A stretch of 64,000 bases of DNA. It comes from an uncultured bacterium (lineage in GTDB: Bacteria > Verrucomicrobiota > Verrucomicrobiia > Verrucomicrobiales > DEV007). Positions 27,840 to 38,296 of this stretch are shown here, piece after piece. Location: contig CAXBMO010000029.1 in the NCBI GenBank assembly GCA_963977015.1, positions 1 through 64,000 of the forward strand. The letters run 5' to 3'. The first letter of the stretch is position 1, and each line of letters starts with the position of its first letter. A program made the position numbers and the translations under genes. The notes beneath the pieces are model-generated. The model was not told the DNA's origin, ran no database searches, and saw nothing but the letters and a program-made list of their open reading frames with translations.

Positions 27840-28262
27840 GTGCTCATCCATCTTGATTCTTCGATCCTGATAGCGGCATTGGTTGATACGCAGCCCTGTC
27901 ACGCTGAATGTCTCCAATTAATCGGTGGAAGTGATGAAAAGGGTGTTCACACTCACGCGTTATCAGAGACATTTTCGGTTCTCACCGGCGGACGATTGGG
28001 ATTTCGGGTTCCCGCATCTCAAGCTGCCGAGGTCATTGGTGATACCATCCTGTCGAGAGTTGAAGTTTGCGAAATTGAGCTGTCCCATCGGATCCAAGCG
28101 TTTCGCGATGCTGAACAGAGGGGCGTTCGTGGTGGCGCAATCTACGACTATCTTCACCTCGTGTGTGCTCGCGAAGCCGGTGCCGAGTTCATTTACACGT
28201 TGAACACCAACGATTTTCAGGCTCTTTGGCGTTCCGGTGATCCAGAGGTCAAGGCGGTCTGA
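27840..28262 (+). CDS. PIN-domain (VapC-like) toxin
   Basis: LDSSILIA, SE, IYDYLH and TLN..DF acidic residues. GTG start inferred. Confidence 0.85.
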   Translation: MLIHLDSSILIAALVDTQPCHAECLQLIGGSDEKGVHTHALSETFSVLTGGRLGFRVPASQAAEVIGDTILSRVEVCEIELSHRIQAFRDAEQRGVRGGAIYDYLHLVCAREAGAEFIYTLNTNDFQALWRSGDPEVKAV

Positions 28263-28340
28263 AAATAAGCAGAGACACTTTCTAGCAATTTCAGCGACCT
28301 TTAGCTGATACCGCGAGGCGCTTTCGCCTGATCCTGATTC

Positions 28341-30626
28341 TTACTTCGGCGCAGCAGGCGCTGGATCCGCCCTCACAATCACATAAAGCGCATCCTGAGG
28401 CGCGGTGAGTTTCACGCCTCCGTCGACCGGTTCGAGAGCGACTTCCGCTTGCCGGTATCCTGATGGTGTCAGGGCGATGGCTTTGACGAGGTCCGGGTTC
28501 TGAATCGTGATGGTGGCGTCCAGGTTGGCAATTCTCCAGGGTGGTTTTCCCGTTCTGACGATCTGTTCCCCATCGATCTTCGTGGCATCTGCGCCGCGAC
28601 CAAAGGGGACCTTGGCATCCTTGGTTTCCCAGCCGTCCAGGCGGGAAACGGTTCCGAGTTGGAGCAGAATCCGGCGAGACTCGGAGAGCGGTTTGCGATC
28701 GAGTGCCACCGCCTGGATTGTGGCGTAGTCCGTCGTCGATTCGATGGTCACGGTGGACAACTCAAAGCGGCCACCGGCCTTGGCGAGAAAGCCGGTTACC
28801 CCCTGGGACGCCGGCGCATCGACCCGGCAGATGCCCTGGCGGTAATCCCATTGATGCTGGTCGGTGTTGCTTCGGATCGTGCCTTTTTCCGCATTCAGAT
28901 AGTCGTCGACCGAACCGCCCTTGGAGTTTTCGCTGCTTCCCCCGATTCGCGAATGAACCGGGCCGACGAGGAAGGCGGCGCGGTTGATCTGCCCGTCGAA
29001 CGCGGGTTCCCAACCAGGCTGCAACTCGGGTTGAATTCGGCCGTCGCCATAAATCTCGTTGTCTTCGATGTTTGCCTGGCGGCGCAGCCACAAATCGCGA
29101 AGCGGGCGGAAATCTTCCGCGACCGGTTTGCCGGCTTCGAGCAGGCCAAGCCGATGCTGAATCGCATTGGCGGGAAACATCCCCATCAGCATGGGAGTGC
29201 TGCAACTCCACTTGGAAAGGGCGTGGGAATCTCCGACTTTCCAGAACAGTCGCCGTGGGTCCATCTGCCAGGTTGGATCGGTGCAACTGAACCAGAAAAC
29301 GGCATCGAGACCGTTCAAGGTCTGGTAGGCGCTGATGAGAAACGGGCCTTCGCTCTGGTAACGATTGGGATTCTTCCAACTCGTCTCGGTTACCATGAAG
29401 GGATGACCTTTTTCCTGGCGATAGTTCACGGACAACTCCAGGGGCTTGAAGAGGACCGACTCGTTCACGAGGTAATGGCCGGGATCGATGCGGTAGGAAT
29501 CCTTGTCGCCGATGTGTTGGTAATCGCTGCCGACGTATTCGTTCTCGGCATCGAAATCGAGGGCGTGATAGCTGTAGCGCTCCAGCGCCTTGAGCTTGGA
29601 ATCATTGGCCGTTCGCCAGTTGGTCGCATTGAGAAGCTGCTGGCAGCCCAGTTCTTCGCGGAGATAGGTTCCCATGTCGGCATAGAATTGGCGTTGAAAC
29701 GTGGCCATGAATTCCACCTGATCCTTGATGCGGCGACTCATTCCTCCGGTCCAGGATTTCGTGAGGAAGTAGACGTCAAAGACGCCGACCAAGCCGTCAG
29801 CCGGGGAATCATGCTCGTGTTTCCTTGCGCTTCGTCCCCATTTGGCCAGGGCGGTATCGAGCGACTCATACTTTTCCGACAACCAGGTTCCAAAGTGCTT
29901 GGCGAGGATCTTTTTATGGGCCTCGCTCATGCGCGACTGAGTCCAGAAGAAGAGGCTGTCTTCGTTGTGGATCTGGAGAAATGCCACGGTCGGATCGTCC
30001 TTGATGGCGAGCCCGGTGTGAGGATTGACGGTGGTGTAGAGATGCTTCGTCCATTGCTTGTAGGCGTCCTGCATCCTGGGTTCGACAAACAACGCGCCCC
30101 AGGGCTGCTCACCGGTATAGTCGGGAAGGTCCCAACTTTTCGGCACGGGATGATGACCGTAGTAGGGGGAAATGAGAACGTAGACCCCGTTCTCCTTCGC
30201 GGCTTTGATGAAGCGGAAAATCCCCTCAACCTCGGCCTCGTTCACGTCGGTGATGTTGGCGCCTTCCTTTGCGTTGGCGACCCGGGAATGGATCCGCGCG
30301 AGGTTGACCCCCATTTTCGCGAGAAAGCGGCAGTGTCGATCAATCGCCTCGGGACTTTGCCGGTAAACATCGGTTCCAACGGCCCAAAACCGGATGCGGC
30401 GATCGTCGCCACGAAGGAAATCGTTGCCGCTCGGGGTGAGCTTGATGAAGCCCGTCTCCCCGGATGCCGCTTCGTTCAGTCTTCGCAGGTCGAGGAGGGC
30501 GTTGTCCGCGAACGTCTCCTCACCGGGATCGAAGGCCCAGCTGTTCGAATCGTCGAGGGGAACTTCAGCGGCATTGCCAAGCCGAAACAACGCGAAAGAG
30601 AAGACAAACAACCTGAGAATACGCAT
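28341..30626 (-). CDS. Secreted clan-A-like glycoside hydrolase
   Basis: Signal peptide, GVNLARIH, IHNEDS (acid/base candidate) and MVTE (nucleophile candidate). Confidence 0.7.
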   Translation of the reverse strand: MRILRLFVFSFALFRLGNAAEVPLDDSNSWAFDPGEETFADNALLDLRRLNEAASGETGFIKLTPSGNDFLRGDDRRIRFWAVGTDVYRQSPEAIDRHCRFLAKMGVNLARIHSRVANAKEGANITDVNEAEVEGIFRFIKAAKENGVYVLISPYYGHHPVPKSWDLPDYTGEQPWGALFVEPRMQDAYKQWTKHLYTTVNPHTGLAIKDDPTVAFLQIHNEDSLFFWTQSRMSEAHKKILAKHFGTWLSEKYESLDTALAKWGRSARKHEHDSPADGLVGVFDVYFLTKSWTGGMSRRIKDQVEFMATFQRQFYADMGTYLREELGCQQLLNATNWRTANDSKLKALERYSYHALDFDAENEYVGSDYQHIGDKDSYRIDPGHYLVNESVLFKPLELSVNYRQEKGHPFMVTETSWKNPNRYQSEGPFLISAYQTLNGLDAVFWFSCTDPTWQMDPRRLFWKVGDSHALSKWSCSTPMLMGMFPANAIQHRLGLLEAGKPVAEDFRPLRDLWLRRQANIEDNEIYGDGRIQPELQPGWEPAFDGQINRAAFLVGPVHSRIGGSSENSKGGSVDDYLNAEKGTIRSNTDQHQWDYRQGICRVDAPASQGVTGFLAKAGGRFELSTVTIESTTDYATIQAVALDRKPLSESRRILLQLGTVSRLDGWETKDAKVPFGRGADATKIDGEQIVRTGKPPWRIANLDATITIQNPDLVKAIALTPSGYRQAEVALEPVDGGVKLTAPQDALYVIVRADPAPAAPK

Positions 30627-30785
30627 ATCCGAGAATAGCCGGATTTGAGGAAGGCCGTCAACCCGGCATTCCGGTCGAAGGGGGCGAATGTTAGAGTCGG
30701 GAAGGTCTTGCGAACTTCCGGATACCCGGACGTAAGCGGCCCCGGTTTGAATGGGGATCGCTGAAGGCTGGAAAAGTCGACCGGC

Positions 30786-31280
30786 TCAGGCGTTCCCGCC
30801 GGGAGGTGCTTCGTCGCTCTCTCCCTGAAAGCCGCGTTCCTCCATCTTTTTCAAGACTTCGGACATATCCTCCACTTCCTCCCAAACCTCATCCGTGATG
30901 TAAATGGGTGCATCCTGTTGAATTGCCATGGCCATGCTGTCGCTGGGGCGGGCATCCAGTTCGACAATCTTCTTCTGATGGACCTCATTCTCGCAACTGA
31001 CGATCAAGCGGGCGTAGTAGACGCCGTCGTGGAAGTCGTTGATGATGACGCGATCCACCTTGGCGCCGAGCGCCAAAAGAATATCGGCAATCAAGTCGTG
31101 GGTTTGCGGGCGAGGCTTTGGCGTTGCCCGCATGAACATCGTGATCGCGGCTCCCACGGTTTGATCGACATAAATCACGAACACCTTCTCTTCCGTGCCC
31201 AGAAAAACGGCGCATCCGCCACTGGTCGGCAAAACCGCGCGCACCTCAATTTCAAAGACTCCGTTGTTACTGTTGCTCAT
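30786..31280 (-). CDS. Bifunctional nuclease family protein (DUF151)
   Basis: PRPQTHDL and LDARPSD motifs. Confidence 0.9.
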   Translation of the reverse strand: MSNSNNGVFEIEVRAVLPTSGGCAVFLGTEEKVFVIYVDQTVGAAITMFMRATPKPRPQTHDLIADILLALGAKVDRVIINDFHDGVYYARLIVSCENEVHQKKIVELDARPSDSMAMAIQQDAPIYITDEVWEEVEDMSEVLKKMEERGFQGESDEAPPGGNA

Positions 31281-31307
31281 GGATGAGATTTCATAAAGTT
31301 AGCGCGT

Positions 31308-31838
31308 TCACCGGATCCCGCGACTCAAATATTCCTGAGTGGTTGCGACGTAACGCTGCGCCCACACTTTAAGGCCGGATTGTTCGTCTTCGGCAAGTGT
31401 TCGTTTCACTTTTGCGGGCGAGCCCATCACAAGGGATCCCGGCGGGATGACCGTTCCGGGGGTGACCAACGCGCCGGCCGCGACAATGCTCCGTTTTCCA
31501 ATTACGGCTCCGTCCATCACGATGGCTCCCATGCCGATCAAGACCTCGTCCTCAATCGTGCAGGCATGGAGCAAGGCCTTGTGCCCGACCGTGACCCAGT
31601 CTCCGACCGTGGTTCCAAATTTATCGGCCAGATGAACCACCGTCCCGTCCTGGATATTCGTGTTTGAGCCGATCACGATGCGATTGATGTCTCCGCGCAG
31701 CACGCATTGGTACCAAACGCTGGAGTTCTCACCAATGGAGACGTCGCCGATGACGGTCGCATTGGCCGCAATGAAGCAGCTTTCGTGGATTTGCGGAGCC
31801 TGATCCAGAAAGGCGTAGGATTTGGGAACCGGCTTCAT
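31308..31838 (-). CDS. Gamma carbonic anhydrase family protein
   Basis: LRGD, TNIQD, VGH..LHAC motifs and hexapeptide repeats. Confidence 0.9.
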   Translation of the reverse strand: MKPVPKSYAFLDQAPQIHESCFIAANATVIGDVSIGENSSVWYQCVLRGDINRIVIGSNTNIQDGTVVHLADKFGTTVGDWVTVGHKALLHACTIEDEVLIGMGAIVMDGAVIGKRSIVAAGALVTPGTVIPPGSLVMGSPAKVKRTLAEDEQSGLKVWAQRYVATTQEYLSRGIR

Positions 31839-31849
31839 CCGAGTGGCGG

Positions 31850-33313
31850 TCAGCTGTCTTGTCGTCGCAGTTGCGGAAACAGAACCACGTCGCGAATCGA
31901 CTCGGCTCCGGTCAACATCATGATGAGACGATCAATCCCAACCCCGATCCCGCCGGCAGGCGGCATCCCGTGTTCGAGCGCCTCCAAAAAGTCTTCGTCG
32001 ATTTTCTGGATCTCCTCTCCGGCCTGCTCCTCGAGACGAGCCCGTTGGGTGATGGGATCGTTCAGCTCCGAGTATCCCGGAGAAATCTCCTGACCGTTGA
32101 TAATGAGCTCGTAAACGTCGACGACCGAATCGTCTTCGGTGTTTTGCTTCGCCAACGGAACCAACTCCTTGGGAACGTGGGTCACGAAACAGGGATCCTG
32201 GGTTTTTTCCTCAATCAGCTTCTCAAAGACCTGTTGAGTGACCTCGTAATCCTCCATGTCCGGACTGATTTGCACACCCAGCTCGTCGCAGCGCTTTCTG
32301 CGCTCCTCCGCGGTGTAGGAAAACCATTTTGGATCGATTTCTTCGATCAGCGAGCGGTAGGTGGCGCGTTTCCAAGGGCGTTCCAGATTGATCGTCTTGG
32401 TCACTTCGCCTTCCGCGTTTTGGTGTTCGATCTTCAGCCCCCCGCAATATTTCTCGGCCAACAGGCAGACCATTTCCTCCACCAGATCGGCCATCGTCTC
32501 GAAGTCGGCGAAGGCCCAGTAGGCCTCCAACATGGTGAATTCAGGATTGTGGCGCGTGCTGATCCCCTCGTTTCGAAAGTTGCGATTCAGCTCAAAAACC
32601 TTCGGGAATCCGCCCACGAGCAGTCGCTTGAGGTAAAGCTCGGGAGCAATGCGCAGATACATGTCCATGCTCAGGGCATTGTGCCGGGTTTGGAAGGGTT
32701 GGGCCGCGGCGCCTCCCGGGACATCCTGCAGCATCGGAGTCTCGACTTCAAAAAAGCCCCGGTCGGTCAAAAAACGGCGAATTTCACCAACCATCTGGCA
32801 TCGCTTCAGAAAGATTTCGCGGCTGCGCTCGCTCGACACCAAATCCAGATAACGCTTCCGGTACTGGAGTTCGCGGTCGGAAATTCCGTGCCACTTGTCG
32901 GGCAAGGGACGGAGCGCCTTGCTCAAAACGGTCAGCTTCTTCGTTTTCACGGACGGCTCTCCCTTTTGCGTGACGAAGGTTTCGCCTTCAATTCCGAGCC
33001 AATCTCCCATGTCGAGAAGCTTGAACGCCTCAAAATCAGTCTCTTCCACCTCGTTCTTGCCGATGTGACACTGAATTTTTCCTTCAAAGTCGGACAACTC
33101 AAAGAAGCTGCTCTTTCCAAAGCCGCGTTTGGCCGTCATCCGGCCTGCGATGGTGACGGGTTTGCCTTCCTCAAAGTTGGCGCGGAGCTCCCCAGGCTGA
33201 TGGGTCGTCTCGAATTTCCCTCCATACGGGTTGACGCCGAGTTCCTGCAGCTGGGCAAGCTTTTCGCGGCGAACGGCGATCAGATGATGTTCGTCTTGGG
33301 GTTCGTCTGGCAT
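31850..33313 (-). CDS. lysS: Lysine--tRNA ligase (class II)
   Basis: YLRIAPELYLKRL, FRNEG, HNPEFT and GIDRL motifs. Confidence 0.97.
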   Translation of the reverse strand: MPDEPQDEHHLIAVRREKLAQLQELGVNPYGGKFETTHQPGELRANFEEGKPVTIAGRMTAKRGFGKSSFFELSDFEGKIQCHIGKNEVEETDFEAFKLLDMGDWLGIEGETFVTQKGEPSVKTKKLTVLSKALRPLPDKWHGISDRELQYRKRYLDLVSSERSREIFLKRCQMVGEIRRFLTDRGFFEVETPMLQDVPGGAAAQPFQTRHNALSMDMYLRIAPELYLKRLLVGGFPKVFELNRNFRNEGISTRHNPEFTMLEAYWAFADFETMADLVEEMVCLLAEKYCGGLKIEHQNAEGEVTKTINLERPWKRATYRSLIEEIDPKWFSYTAEERRKRCDELGVQISPDMEDYEVTQQVFEKLIEEKTQDPCFVTHVPKELVPLAKQNTEDDSVVDVYELIINGQEISPGYSELNDPITQRARLEEQAGEEIQKIDEDFLEALEHGMPPAGGIGVGIDRLIMMLTGAESIRDVVLFPQLRRQDS

Positions 33314-33387
33314 GTAGCGCCAAAAAGCCCTAGATCCGCCGAAAAACCACTTCTTTTCGAGCCGATTTTGCGTCTGGTAGGGCGAAG

Positions 33388-34035
33388 ATGAGTCGAGCCC
33401 ACATTCACCCGGACGTGATCCTCGATGGCCGCCTGGCCATCTATCACGAGCGATCGAGGTGGCTTGCCCTGGCCGATCTCCACTATGGCTACGAAGTCGA
33501 GTTTCGCCGGGCGGGAGGATTGATGCCGATGTACGGAATGGACCAGATCGAAGCGCGATTGGTGTCGCTGATTGCCGATTATGAACCGGAGAAGGTTTTT
33601 CTTGCCGGAGATTTGGTGCACGGCAGAGCGAGCAGTCGCGAAATGGCGGCTTTTTGCGAGAGGATGGAGGAGCTGGGGCCGAAACTCGTTTTTCTAGCTG
33701 GAAACCACGACCGGGGCGCCATCACGACCCGGCTGGAGTTTGAAGATTTCGTCCGGGTCGACGGATTCTTCATTCACCATGGTCACCGGCCATCGGCCGC
33801 TGCGCCGGAGGAAATCGAGATCGTGGGGCATCATCATCCTGCCATCTCCATTCGGGATGGTGCGGGATTGAAGATCAAGCTCCCGTCTCTCATTCAGGAA
33901 ACCCACGAATCCGGCGAACGCTGGATTTTACCGGCGTTTTCTCCCTGGGCCGGGGGAACGACGTGGAAAACGCGGCCCAATCAGCAAACCCGGCGTTGGG
34001 CCTGTAGTCCGAAACGGGTTTTCGAGATTTGTTAG
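33388..34035 (+). CDS. PdeM-like metallophosphoesterase
   Basis: ADLH, GDLVH, GNHD, HGH, GHHHP and LPAFS motifs. Confidence 0.8.
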   Translation: MSRAHIHPDVILDGRLAIYHERSRWLALADLHYGYEVEFRRAGGLMPMYGMDQIEARLVSLIADYEPEKVFLAGDLVHGRASSREMAAFCERMEELGPKLVFLAGNHDRGAITTRLEFEDFVRVDGFFIHHGHRPSAAAPEEIEIVGHHHPAISIRDGAGLKIKLPSLIQETHESGERWILPAFSPWAGGTTWKTRPNQQTRRWACSPKRVFEIC

Positions 34036-34139
34036 CAATCGGCGAAAAACCTTCAAGCAGTCATCATCCCGTAAGGTTGGCGCGGTCATCCTGCAGGCAA
34101 ATCAGCATTAACCTGCAACTGCGAAAACACCCAACTGCT

Positions 34140-35246
34140 ATGAAATACCACGTAATTGCCATTGCCGCCCTGACTCTGGGATTCGGCTTGCTTCATGCTC
34201 AAGATCAAAAGGTGGAGGAGACTCCCCAAACCTCGGAAAAAGAACGCGAGAATTCGGAGGGCGACCGGAAAAAGCCCGGAATTGACCTGGAGGCGGCGAA
34301 GAGGTTCCGGGACCTGGACAGCAACGGAGACGGTGCCGTGAGCCGCGAGGAATTCGACGAAAGCGAAATTGCCTCACGAGCCGAGGAACGCGACCCCGAT
34401 GGGAATCGGGTCAGTGAGATTTTCGATAAGATCGATCGAAATGGTGACGATGAACTCGGGCTCTTCGAGTTCGCGGAGTCATTCGAGCACCGGAAGACCC
34501 AGCTCATGGATCGCAAGGTTCAGGCGCGATTTGAGGAGTTGGATCGCAATGGTGACGGATTCATTGGTCGCAGCGAGTTCGCCGCGAGCGAAATCGCAGA
34601 GAATGCTCGTAAGAATGGAAACGCGGAGAGGGTCAGTGAGGTCTTCAACAAGATCGATCTGAATGGAAGCGGTGATATCGGAGCGTTCGAATTCGCCTAT
34701 GCCCATGAGAATCGGAACAAACCTTCCATGGATCACGAAACCGCGAAGAAGTTCGCGAGCCTTGATTCCAATGATGATGGCTCCATTGGACGCCGGGAGT
34801 TTGCTGACAGCAAAGTTGCCGAGAAATTGCGCGAGAACGACAACCGCGAAAAAATCGACGAAATCTTCGAGGAAATGGATCGGAATGGCAACGGTGAAAT
34901 CGGCCCCCGGGAGTTTGCCAAGGCACATGAGGATCGCGACGAGAAAGGCAAGGACCAGGACGAGCCCAAGAAAGAAGACGAGCGCAAATATGACCGGGAA
35001 ACTGTCGAGCAGTTCCAGGAATTGGATCGCGACGATGACAAGGCGATCAGTCGTCGCGAATTCTCCCGTTCACCGATTGCGGAGCACGTTGATGATCGGG
35101 ATCGCGTTGATGAGATTTTCGGTCGGATTGATGGCGACGACGACGGTAAACTGAGTCTGAAAGAATTCGCGGAAGCTCGTGCGATGATGCGGGACCGGCC
35201 CGGAAGGCGCGGTGGTCCGAATCGCGATGGAAAGGTGAAGAGGTAA
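34140..35246 (+). CDS. Secreted multi-EF-hand protein
   Basis: Signal peptide and eight DxN/DxDG-x-x-x-x-EF-type loops arranged in four tandem units. Confidence 0.85.
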   Translation: MKYHVIAIAALTLGFGLLHAQDQKVEETPQTSEKERENSEGDRKKPGIDLEAAKRFRDLDSNGDGAVSREEFDESEIASRAEERDPDGNRVSEIFDKIDRNGDDELGLFEFAESFEHRKTQLMDRKVQARFEELDRNGDGFIGRSEFAASEIAENARKNGNAERVSEVFNKIDLNGSGDIGAFEFAYAHENRNKPSMDHETAKKFASLDSNDDGSIGRREFADSKVAEKLRENDNREKIDEIFEEMDRNGNGEIGPREFAKAHEDRDEKGKDQDEPKKEDERKYDRETVEQFQELDRDDDKAISRREFSRSPIAEHVDDRDRVDEIFGRIDGDDDGKLSLKEFAEARAMMRDRPGRRGGPNRDGKVKR

Positions 35247-35290
35247 GTTCAAGAGTTCACAACTACAGTCTGATTGATCTCGTTCACGAG

Positions 35291-35334
35291 AAGCGGCGGG
35301 GAGAGTGATTCTTCCCGCCGCTTTCTGTTTTTTT
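35291..35334 (+). terminator. Rho-independent terminator
   Basis: aagcggcggg...cccgccgctt stem followed by a T-tract. Confidence 0.75.
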
Positions 35335-35445
35335 GCCGTCGGCGTTGGGATTTGCTTCCGGACGCCTGCGTTGCGACCGTAATATTCCAGGGTTTTCCGA
35401 CGTGTGATTCAAGCAATCAACCTGAACCGCGCTATAATCTTCACC

Positions 35446-38295
35446 ATGAAACCCCTTTTGTTGCTTTCAGGGCTGACGCTGGCCCTGGGCAGTGCCTCGG
35501 CTGAGGAATTGGATTTCAATCGTGAAGTCCGCCCGATTCTCGCCGCTAACTGCTTCGAATGTCATGGACCGGATGAGGCGGCGCGGAAGGGGAAATTGCG
35601 GCTGGATCAGGCCGGCGCCCGGGCGCTGACGGACGGGGAAGTGATCGCGAGAATCATGAGCGATGATCCTGACGAGATCATGCCGCCCCCGAAGGCGAAC
35701 AAAACGCTGAGCGGTGAGCAAATCGAAACCCTGAAGGCATGGATCGAATCCGGAGCCGAATACGCAGAGCACTGGGCGTTCGTCAAACCCACTCGGCCGG
35801 ACGTGCCGAAGCGAGGTGAATGGGCGCGCAACGAGATCGATGCGTTTGTCGCGCGGCGGTTGCAGAAGGAAGGTCTCGAGCCGTCTCCGGAGGCTGACCC
35901 CTATTCCCTGATTCGACGCGTGTATCTGGATTTGATCGGCCTGCTTCCCACCCAGGAAGAGGCGGACGCGTTCGTCAATTCCGAGGATCCACTGGCTTAC
36001 GAGCAACTGGTTGACCGGCTGTTGAATTCGCCGCACTACGGGGAGCGCTGGGCGCGTCCCTGGCTGGATCTGGCCCGTTACGCGGACTCCAACGGATACG
36101 AGAAGGATCGGCCGCGATCGATTTGGCCCTATCGAGATTGGGTGATCCGGGCGCTCAATGCCGACCAACCTTTCGATCAGTTCACCATCGAGCAAATCGC
36201 GGGGGACATGCTTCCCAATGCCACGCTCGACCAACGGATCGCGACCGGATTTCACCGCAATACGATGTTGAACGAAGAAGGTGGCATTGATCCTCTGGAA
36301 TACCGATTCCACGCGGTGGTTGATCGGGTGCTGACCACGGGGACGACCTGGATGGGACTGACGACGGGGTGCGCCCAATGCCATACGCACAAGTACGATC
36401 CCATCACGCATACGGATTACTTTGGCCTGTTTGCCCTTCTCAACAATGCCGACGAACCCGATCTGGAAGTTTGGGATGAGGCGACGCGAACGCGGCAGGC
36501 CGAGCTCGAAACCCGGATTCGGCAGACGGAGCAGGAATTGCTCGCCGGAGCCAATCCGGAGGCGGTTGCTTCGTGGATTCAATCAGAGCGGGAAAAGGCG
36601 GTGCCGTGGACGGTGATTGTGCCCACAACCTGGTCGACGAACTTGCCGAAGCTCGAGGTCGAAGAAGACGGCGCGATTTTTGCGAGTGGAGATTTTACGA
36701 AACGCGATGTCTACACGCTCAACTTCGAGCTTGAGGATTCGAAGCCGATTACCGCGATTCGTCTGGAAGTGTTGCCGGATTCGCGACTTCCAGCCCGAGG
36801 ACCGGGACGCAGCTACTACGAGGGGAGGGATGGCGACTTTTTCCTGAGCGAGTTGACGCTTCGGGTCGGGGGAATGCCCGTGTCATTCGCGTCCTCCAGT
36901 GCGGGGTTTGGAAAGATTGCGGTGGGATCCGGCGGCGCGAAGTCCGAGAACGTCTATGACGGGAAGGGCTCCACGGGATGGTCGACGGCGACGCGCGAAG
37001 GTGAACGTCACGAACTGGTGCTGAACCTGGCAGAACCGATCGCCAACCCTTCGAGTTTCGAAATAGAGCTGCTTTTCGAGCGCCACTTTGTGGCAGCGTT
37101 AGGCAAATTTCGCTTCGCGGTGACATCATCGCCCAAACCGGCTCAGGCGCGCCCCGGAATGGCCGCTGACCCGCTGAACGCCTCCGAGGCTGAGATGAAA
37201 TTGGACTACGTTCGATTCGCTCCCGAGTTTGAAACGCAACGGGAACCGCTCGTGAATCTGCGGAAGCAGCTTCCCAAACCGGCAACAACCCTGGTGTTTC
37301 GCGAGCGTCCCACGGACAACATTCGCCCCACGTTTCGCCATCACCGCGGCGAATATCTGCAAGCTAAAGAGCCGGTTTCCCCGCGCGTTCCGGAGATGTT
37401 TGAGCCGATCCCGGATGGCGAGCCCGTCAATCGACTCTCCTTCGCCCAGTGGTTGGTGAGCGACCGAAACCCGCTTGTCGCCCGGGTCACCGTGAACCGC
37501 GCCTGGCAGCAGATGTTTGGCCGGGGAATTGTCGAGTCGACCGCGGATTTTGGGACCCAATCCGCACCGCCGAGTCACCCCGAATTGCTGGATTGGTTGG
37601 CGGTCGACTTTGTTGAAAACGGTTGGTCGTTCAAAAAGCTTCACCGGTTGATCGTGACGAGTGCAACCTATCGACAGAGTTCACGGATCACCCCGAGTTT
37701 GCTGGAGAAAGATCCCGACAACTCGTTGTTGGCCCGTGGGGCGCGGTTTCGGTTGGATGCGGAGGCCATTCGCGATGTCGGCTTGAAAGCGAGTGGGCTG
37801 CTTTCGCCGAAGATGTTCGGGCCGAGCGTTTTTCCGGTCCAGGATTCAAGCGTTTATGCCGCGGCTTATGGCAAGCCGAAGTGGCAGGCGTCGAAGGGGG
37901 CCGATCAATATCGCCGCAGTCTCTACACGTTTTCGAAACGCACGGCTCCATTTGCCGCCTTCACCGTGTTTGATGCGCCGACGGGCGAGACCTGCACGGC
38001 CCGGCGCGAGCGCAGCAACACTCCGCTGCAAGCCCTGACCCTGTTGAATGACCAGATGTTTGTGGAAATGGCGGAGGGACTGGCCCGCGACGCGATCACG
38101 CATCATTCCGATTCGCGCGAACGCGTTCAATTCATGCTTCGGCGATGCCTGACACGTCCACCAACAGAGTTTGAAGTCGCGACGCTGCTCACCTTTCAAG
38201 AAGAGCAGCAACGGCGCCTGAATGATGAATCGCTGGCCTGGATGTTAACCGCCCGGGCTGTGATCAATCTGGATGAAACCATCACCAAAGGCTGA
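35446..38295 (+). CDS. Planctomycete cytochrome c / DUF1549 / DUF1553 protein
   Basis: [42 protein letters not shown] and TPLQAL motifs. Confidence 0.92.
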   Translation: MKPLLLLSGLTLALGSASAEELDFNREVRPILAANCFECHGPDEAARKGKLRLDQAGARALTDGEVIARIMSDDPDEIMPPPKANKTLSGEQIETLKAWIESGAEYAEHWAFVKPTRPDVPKRGEWARNEIDAFVARRLQKEGLEPSPEADPYSLIRRVYLDLIGLLPTQEEADAFVNSEDPLAYEQLVDRLLNSPHYGERWARPWLDLARYADSNGYEKDRPRSIWPYRDWVIRALNADQPFDQFTIEQIAGDMLPNATLDQRIATGFHRNTMLNEEGGIDPLEYRFHAVVDRVLTTGTTWMGLTTGCAQCHTHKYDPITHTDYFGLFALLNNADEPDLEVWDEATRTRQAELETRIRQTEQELLAGANPEAVASWIQSEREKAVPWTVIVPTTWSTNLPKLEVEEDGAIFASGDFTKRDVYTLNFELEDSKPITAIRLEVLPDSRLPARGPGRSYYEGRDGDFFLSELTLRVGGMPVSFASSSAGFGKIAVGSGGAKSENVYDGKGSTGWSTATREGERHELVLNLAEPIANPSSFEIELLFERHFVAALGKFRFAVTSSPKPAQARPGMAADPLNASEAEMKLDYVRFAPEFETQREPLVNLRKQLPKPATTLVFRERPTDNIRPTFRHHRGEYLQAKEPVSPRVPEMFEPIPDGEPVNRLSFAQWLVSDRNPLVARVTVNRAWQQMFGRGIVESTADFGTQSAPPSHPELLDWLAVDFVENGWSFKKLHRLIVTSATYRQSSRITPSLLEKDPDNSLLARGARFRLDAEAIRDVGLKASGLLSPKMFGPSVFPVQDSSVYAAAYGKPKWQASKGADQYRRSLYTFSKRTAPFAAFTVFDAPTGETCTARRERSNTPLQALTLLNDQMFVEMAEGLARDAITHHSDSRERVQFMLRRCLTRPPTEFEVATLLTFQEEQQRRLNDESLAWMLTARAVINLDETITKG

Positions 38296-38296
38296 C

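Noticed and set aside
28659-30638. Long antisense ORFs (659 aa here; also 12304-13773, 24213-25469, 25737-27434, 31859-33391, 57746-59206, 62337-63647)
   Set aside because: They are shadows of well-supported genes on the other strand in GC-rich DNA and carry no recognisable motifs.
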